Source: a virus (taxonomy: Duplodnaviria; Caudoviricetes). Taken from it: a stretch of 41,483 bases of DNA. Below, one piece after another: positions 36,600-41,483 of this stretch. The position numbers and the translations under genes are program-made. Below the pieces are notes generated by a model. That model saw nothing but the letters and a program-made list of their open reading frames with translations. It had not been told where the DNA came from and ran no database searches. The stretch is taken from IMG/VR virus record IMGVR_UViG_3300042972_000032, positions 1 to 41,483 of that record; one strand, given 5' to 3'. Positions within the stretch are counted from its first letter, which is position 1. Every line of letters begins with the position of its first letter.

Positions 36600-37006
36600 A
36601 CCCCGCAAGCTGGCTGGCAAGCCTGGACAAGGACGTGACCATAGCCCTCATCGGCCTGTTCGGCGCGCTGGTAGGAGGATTGGCGACCGGATTGTTCAAC
36701 GCCATCGCCAGCCACCGGCCCAACTTGGCGCACGCGTACAACGAGCTGGCCGCAGCCCAGTCGGAGATGCAAAGGGAGATCGACGCGCAGGACCGCAAAT
36801 TGCGCAAGCTGTTCGACGACAACGAGCGATTGCGCAACGAGAGCCACGAGTTCGAGGACCGCGACGTGGAACGCACCCGCTACCTGCGCGAACTGTTCCA
36901 CTGGCTCGACGGATTGTGCGAGTCCGGCGAGGTCGCATGGACGAAAAGCCATCCAAAGCCTCACCTGCCCGAGAGCATGCGCCCCGACTTTCCCAAGCTC
37001 CACTAG
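36596..37006 (+). CDS. Membrane protein with coiled coil (lysis accessory, holin-like)
   Basis: GTG overlapping the upstream stop; TM segment VTIALIGLFGALVGGLATGLF followed by coiled coil. Confidence 0.7.
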   Translation: MNPASWLASLDKDVTIALIGLFGALVGGLATGLFNAIASHRPNLAHAYNELAAAQSEMQREIDAQDRKLRKLFDDNERLRNESHEFEDRDVERTRYLRELFHWLDGLCESGEVAWTKSHPKPHLPESMRPDFPKLH

Positions 37007-37034
37007 AAAGGAACCATGACATGAATCGAATGCT

Positions 37035-37058
37035 AAACCCGTCGAATCCGACGGGTTT
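37035..37058. promoter_or_regulatory. Perfect 10-bp hairpin upstream of the endolysin
   Basis: AAACCCGTCG-AATC-CGACGGGTTT. Confidence 0.5.
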
Positions 37059-37082
37059 GAATCACGCGAGCCGAGGCCGCGC

Positions 37083-38030
37083 ATGGTCATGAACGGCATC
37101 GACATATCGAACTACCAGACCGGCATCGATCTCGCTGCCGTGCCGTGCGATTTCGTCATCATCCTCGTGAGCGAGGACGGCGGCGTGGTCAACCCGGACT
37201 GGCGACGGCAGTGCGAGCAAGCGCTCTCGCTCGGCAAGCCGACCATGCTCTACCACTATGTCGGAGGGCATGGCGCGGTCGTGGAGGCCGATACTTTCGC
37301 CAATGCGACGAGGGACTACCGTGATAGGGTCGCCTTCGCGGTCGATTGGGAGACCGGCAGCAACGCGGCTTGGGGCAACGAAGGGTACTGCGAGCAGCTC
37401 GTGGCCCGGCTCAAGGCCGACATCGGCAAGACCGTCATCCTCTATGGCATGGCATCCGCCTATCCGCGCGACGTCGCCAACAGGCAGCAGTGCCCCACAT
37501 GGGTCGCCCAATACCCGAATTCCGTGCCTACCGGCTACCAGGCATCGCCGTGGAACGAGGGGGCCTACCAGGCCGATATCCGCCAGTACGCCTCCACCGG
37601 CCGCCTCAACGGCTGGGCGGGCAATCTCGATCTGAACAAATCATACGCGACACGAGAAGAATGGTCCGCATGGACCGGAAATGAGGAAGACATGATAAAC
37701 AATGACGACATCGCCAAGATCGCGGAGGCGGTGTGGGACTTCAACCAGAACGGCGTGAAAACACGCGACCGCCTGCAGGGCATCGACCAGGCGGCGAACC
37801 ATGTGGCCGACAGCGTGTGGAACGCCGACATCAACAAGGTGAAAGCGCGCGACCGGCTCTACGGCATGGACTCGATGCAGCTGCCCGCCCTGCGCGCGCA
37901 GGTCGCCGCCCAGGACGCCACCATCCAAGCGCTATCCAAGGCCAACGGCATTGATCCCAAAGCCGTCACTGATACGGTGACCAAGGCCGTGGCCGAGAAG
38001 CTCGCAAGCCTGAAAGTGAGCGTGGCATGA
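37083..38030 (+). CDS. Endolysin, GH25 muramidase
   Basis: GIDISNYQ, YHY, AVDWE (DxE), WVAQY, RQYAS.G, LDLN; C-terminal AVW...RDRL repeats. Confidence 0.92.
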   Translation: MVMNGIDISNYQTGIDLAAVPCDFVIILVSEDGGVVNPDWRRQCEQALSLGKPTMLYHYVGGHGAVVEADTFANATRDYRDRVAFAVDWETGSNAAWGNEGYCEQLVARLKADIGKTVILYGMASAYPRDVANRQQCPTWVAQYPNSVPTGYQASPWNEGAYQADIRQYASTGRLNGWAGNLDLNKSYATREEWSAWTGNEEDMINNDDIAKIAEAVWDFNQNGVKTRDRLQGIDQAANHVADSVWNADINKVKARDRLYGMDSMQLPALRAQVAAQDATIQALSKANGIDPKAVTDTVTKAVAEKLASLKVSVA

Positions 38031-38506
38031 TGAGCGCAACGGAACAGTACGCGCCCCTGACGCAGCCCGCAGCCACGCCTACGACGCCCAGCCCGAGCGA
38101 CGATCCGACCGACGACTACCTGACCACGCTCACGCCCGCCGCCGTCCCCACGGGCAACGCCACGGCAATGCCCGCAACCGGCAGCCAGAGCACGGAGCCG
38201 TCCACGATCGCGCTCAATGCCACGCCGGTGATCGAGACGACAACCGTGGCCAGTGGCTCGCTGCCCGCGGCGGATGATACGACGACAGGTTACACGCCGA
38301 TGTTCGGCGCGGCGACACGTACCGTCGTGTACGTCGCGTGCGCGGTCATCGGCCTGTTCGGCCTGCTCGCCGCCATCGCATCCGTCGCCACCGGCGCGCC
38401 CGCATGGCTCACCATCGCGTCAAGCGCTCTGAGCTTCACCGCCCCCTACATCGCCAACATGTTCGGCGTGGCCTACAACCCGCTCAAAATGAGCGGCAAA
38501 CAGTAG
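38027..38506 (+). CDS. Holin-like membrane protein with a long T/P/A-rich N-terminus
   Basis: YTPMFG..TRTVVY, two TM helices, FGVAYNP; coupled to the endolysin. Confidence 0.75.
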   Translation: MMSATEQYAPLTQPAATPTTPSPSDDPTDDYLTTLTPAAVPTGNATAMPATGSQSTEPSTIALNATPVIETTTVASGSLPAADDTTTGYTPMFGAATRTVVYVACAVIGLFGLLAAIASVATGAPAWLTIASSALSFTAPYIANMFGVAYNPLKMSGKQ

Positions 38507-38537
38507 CCGTCAACCATGAGTTGACAGTTCAGCATCG

Positions 38538-38577
38538 AATCGCCCTCATCTCCTACGGGAGGTGAGGGCGATTTTCT
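38538..38577 (+). terminator. Intrinsic terminator ending the late operon
   Basis: AATCGCCCTCATCTCC-TACG-GGAGGTGAGGGCGATT followed by TTCT. Confidence 0.85.
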
Positions 38578-38991
38578 GTATTCTCAGGCGTGGTGGGATC
38601 TGCTAGCAAATCTCCAGGTATGGCCGTAGGCGGTCAGGGCATACCCCTGCGCGGCTTCGCTGATCTGATGTGCACTAGCTCCGGTCATCCCCGGCCCCTA
38701 CGTCGCAGCGGCTATCGACTCAGATTCCATAGTGTTTTCCCTGAGAATCGGTGCCGATCACGGACTTCTTCCGGCTGTCCAACGCCCCTAGCGGAGACTT
38801 GAGTGACTTTTGGGAAGACACTTCCCGAACATGTATGCCCCCACCGCCATTCGCATTCACCCGTCCCCGCAACGCTACTGATAACCATAGATGTGATCTC
38901 TGGGCGTAAGACGCGGCTTTGTTCTGGTGAGTGTTACTGGAAATGTGAAGTATGATGTAAAGTGAGTATCAAAATAAAGGTTTGAAAGGGA

Positions 38992-39792
38992 ATGGACGAG
39001 ATGCCTGAGACATTATCGAAATCACCTCTTACGCTTGTATTGACACGAGTGGAATTCAATGCTGAACTTACAGCGTTTTCAGTCGACAGGTCATCTACGG
39101 TAGATCCTATTCTGCAGTCTTTGGGATTTCCTGCCGCCAACACCATGACGGATACCACTCTGCAGCTGACACCTTCTGGACCGCAACAAATAGCTGGAGG
39201 CCAGCGGCGAGTCTATCAAGATGAAACGGGCGGATTACATGTTGTTGTCGCCCCGCGGTTTATCGCATTGTATGCAGGATGCGTGAACGGTTCAATTGCC
39301 TATAGTGGGCACGAGGCTTTTTTGGACAAATTTTGTGAAGTTGTCACAGCGTTGGAACCACTAGTGGGACAAATACCGGTTGTAAAGACGGGCTATCGAT
39401 ATGTTAACCAGTTTACTGGAGATAAACTTGAGCACGTCGATCGGCTGCTCCAGCCCTCATGCCGGGGCGTCGTTCCTACCGAGGCTCCCTCCGGAACTCA
39501 GCTGCTTGCCTCGGTGTTGCGATCCCAGTTTAGTTATTCAGCCGCAGACTCAATGTATCCTGAAATCCTCCAAGTACAAAGTGGGCAAATTCCCAAAGGT
39601 CAGCAAGTCGACCCGGGCGTTCCCGCCCTTGAGGAAAAATCATGGGCATTGGATATTGATACATCAAGTTTTAAACCGGTCAAGTTTGTGGGGGAAGACG
39701 TACTATCATCTGCGGCAAGACTCCAGGAACGCGCCAAGAACTTTTTCAATTCCATTGCGGTCACTCCTGAATTCGCAAGCTCTTTTCGCTGA
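38992..39792 (+). CDS. TIGR04255-like protein
   Basis: LSKSPLTLVLTRVEF start, YSGHEAFLDKF, TGYRYVNQF, WALDIDT, AKNFF..VT end; SD GAAAGGG. Confidence 0.75.
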   Translation: MDEMPETLSKSPLTLVLTRVEFNAELTAFSVDRSSTVDPILQSLGFPAANTMTDTTLQLTPSGPQQIAGGQRRVYQDETGGLHVVVAPRFIALYAGCVNGSIAYSGHEAFLDKFCEVVTALEPLVGQIPVVKTGYRYVNQFTGDKLEHVDRLLQPSCRGVVPTEAPSGTQLLASVLRSQFSYSAADSMYPEILQVQSGQIPKGQQVDPGVPALEEKSWALDIDTSSFKPVKFVGEDVLSSAARLQERAKNFFNSIAVTPEFASSFR

Positions 39793-39897
39793 TATGCTGG
39801 CGATTGATTGAATCGATAGAATAAGTATTCAAACGTAGAGAATGGCTTATAGCCTAGCTCCCATTTACTATAGCTGATTATCGAAGAGGGGAATCAT

Positions 39898-40530
39898 ATG
39901 GTGCAGCAGCCACTAACGAAATACAGTGGAGTCGTGTTGGCAACGGTGGCGCTCACCGCCAGCCTGATGAGCTTCGGCAATGAACAATTGTGGGAATATC
40001 CACAGCCGGAGCGGGAATCGAATTTCGCAGTACGGCCTGCATATTTCGATCAACTTTTATTCTGGCCAAACAATTCAAGTGTTATGGCTTCGTCTGCGGG
40101 CATAGCGTTCCTTGCAAAAGAGCCAGAGACCGTGGCAGATTCTGACAATCCGATAAAGGAGGTCATGAGTCCCAATACTGCCGATATAATTCAGGATATT
40201 CAAACTCGGTCCGGTCTTACATGGCAGCAGCTATCCAAGGCACTAGGCGTATCTCGTCGTACGCTGTATTTATGGTCCAAAGGAGGAAGCGTAAGTGCGA
40301 TGCACATTGAGAGTCTTACCAAATTTGAGTCTCTTGTCCGTAGATATGATACTGGCGATCCATCCACAACGCGGCTTGCTCTGTTGCGGTCAAGCGTCAA
40401 CGGAGTGAGTGCTTTCGATCGTTTCCGTGTAGAGCGCGATCAGGATAATCCCGAAATCACAGATCTCCCTATACCGGTAGAAAGATTACTTACTCCGAAC
40501 ATGCATGACAGCGAAGCAACGAAAGCCTGA
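39898..40530 (+). CDS. XRE-type HTH protein with hydrophobic N-terminal extension (candidate antitoxin/regulator)
   Basis: IQTRSGLTWQQLSKALGVSRRTLYLWSKG HTH; SD GAGGGG. Confidence 0.75.
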   Translation: MVQQPLTKYSGVVLATVALTASLMSFGNEQLWEYPQPERESNFAVRPAYFDQLLFWPNNSSVMASSAGIAFLAKEPETVADSDNPIKEVMSPNTADIIQDIQTRSGLTWQQLSKALGVSRRTLYLWSKGGSVSAMHIESLTKFESLVRRYDTGDPSTTRLALLRSSVNGVSAFDRFRVERDQDNPEITDLPIPVERLLTPNMHDSEATKA

Positions 40531-40541
40531 GGGGAAGAGAT

Positions 40542-41483
40542 ATGGCTGATTCATATTCTTCACCTCTGCGGCAGGGGGATATCCTTCAGGGAATTGTGGA
40601 TGTTCCGGAACTCTCAGGGGCAGACGCTTCAATACAGAAGGAAAACATTGCGGATGGGGTAGTGGTGGTATCGCAGACTTGCGATGCATTGCGTGATCCG
40701 CGTATCCAAGTTGCGCCGATTGTACGGCTAGAAGGAGAACAAGCGGCGCAGGCGCGGGTTGGTCGACGTCTGCAGTACGTTCCTTTAAGTTTAGACAGAG
40801 GGACCGGATTCGCCGATTTAAGCCGAATATTCACGATTAACCGTGGCCAGGTCATTATAACAGGGAGAACTAACGGCATCACGACAGGGTTGCCTGACAC
40901 TGATAGTAAAAAGTTTTTTCGTGCTCTCGTAGGACACAGATTTGCAAGGTTCCCTTTCCCTGATGAAGTAACGGAATGGTGCAGACCTCTTACTGACAAA
41001 GTAGCACCGAAAGTTAAACACCCAGACACAAAGCCGGAAGGAGCTCGTCTTAGAGAGATTAAGGAGATTCGCGTTACATCACTTCATGGGTGGGAACAGT
41101 CTCATTTCGAGCTCCAACTCGATTTTCTCGTCGAACCGGGAATAGTCCCGGAGCCAGATCGAGATCTTACAGACGACGAAAAAGATAATCTACAAAAGAT
41201 GCTGGCTCCAGATCTTGCGTGCAAGATTGGCGAACTTACACATGCAAACAACGAGGGAACATCAGCACTGCGTTTCTTTGCCTGGAACCAGCTCATCAAG
41301 TGCTGGACAGACACCTGCAATGAAAAGTACAAAGCCGGACAGGACATCAAAAAACAAGTTCGTGGAGACAGCCAGCTATGGGATCTCGATGAATACCCAT
41401 ATTCACGTGTTCTGCGGTCAGAGCGCCTCGACCTCGACTACTTGAGCAGATCATGCCAAATACAACAAAACCATCCGTGTTGA
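40542..41483 (+). CDS. Hypothetical protein with a PemK/MazF-like N-terminal pattern (candidate toxin/effector)
   Basis: LRQGDIL, VVVVSQTCD, IQVAPIV, ADLSRIFTINR; SD GAGGGG. Confidence 0.55.
   Translation: MADSYSSPLRQGDILQGIVDVPELSGADASIQKENIADGVVVVSQTCDALRDPRIQVAPIVRLEGEQAAQARVGRRLQYVPLSLDRGTGFADLSRIFTINRGQVIITGRTNGITTGLPDTDSKKFFRALVGHRFARFPFPDEVTEWCRPLTDKVAPKVKHPDTKPEGARLREIKEIRVTSLHGWEQSHFELQLDFLVEPGIVPEPDRDLTDDEKDNLQKMLAPDLACKIGELTHANNEGTSALRFFAWNQLIKCWTDTCNEKYKAGQDIKKQVRGDSQLWDLDEYPYSRVLRSERLDLDYLSRSCQIQQNHPC

Larger units (their letters stand above)
1..41483. mobile_element. Temperate siphovirus prophage, probably Bifidobacterium-type; att sites not visible in the window
   Basis: Complete ordered modules: integrase, immunity, replication/recombination, packaging, head, tail with tape measure, lysis, then a lower-GC accessory cassette; many ATGA/GTGA gene overlaps. 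Confidence 0.95.

Noticed and set aside
38578-38990. ORF 38590-38802, short minus-strand ORFs, or attR in this gap
   Set aside because: No SD or recognisable motifs, and no repeat matching the window's left end or a tRNA 3' end; att cannot be placed without flanking sequence
1-41483. Many long antisense or alternative-frame ORFs (e.g. 8727-9848 minus, 13387-14715 plus, 32063-33685 minus, 17495-18478 minus)
   Set aside because: Expected shadows of high-GC coding sequence: Arg/Ala/Pro-rich, no motifs, and overlapping well-supported genes. Only 8995-9438 was kept.

Overview
This window looks like a near-complete temperate siphovirus prophage from a high-GC actinobacterial host, most likely Bifidobacterium or a relative (inferred from gene content and GC, not from a search). 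From left to right it contains: a tyrosine integrase; a lipoprotein; an ImmA/IrrE protease; a repressor and Cro with three 18-bp operators; early genes (excisionase-like, SMC-like ATPase, YqaJ, RecT, SSB, C5 DNA methyltransferase, RusA-like resolvase, replication initiator with iterons); a late regulator; an HNH nuclease; a probable cos region; a DUF4417 plus MGGRG-leader metallopeptidase module; terminase, head and tail genes (with the usual -1 frameshift); and lysis genes. It ends in a lower-GC three-gene cassette (TIGR04255-like, HTH, PemK/MazF-like). The best candidates for undescribed biology are that terminal cassette, the DUF4417/MGGRG module beside cos, and an alternative-frame ORF nested in the methyltransferase. 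No att sites, tRNA, CRISPR array, DGR or shufflon were seen. All family assignments come from motif recognition by eye, not database searches.
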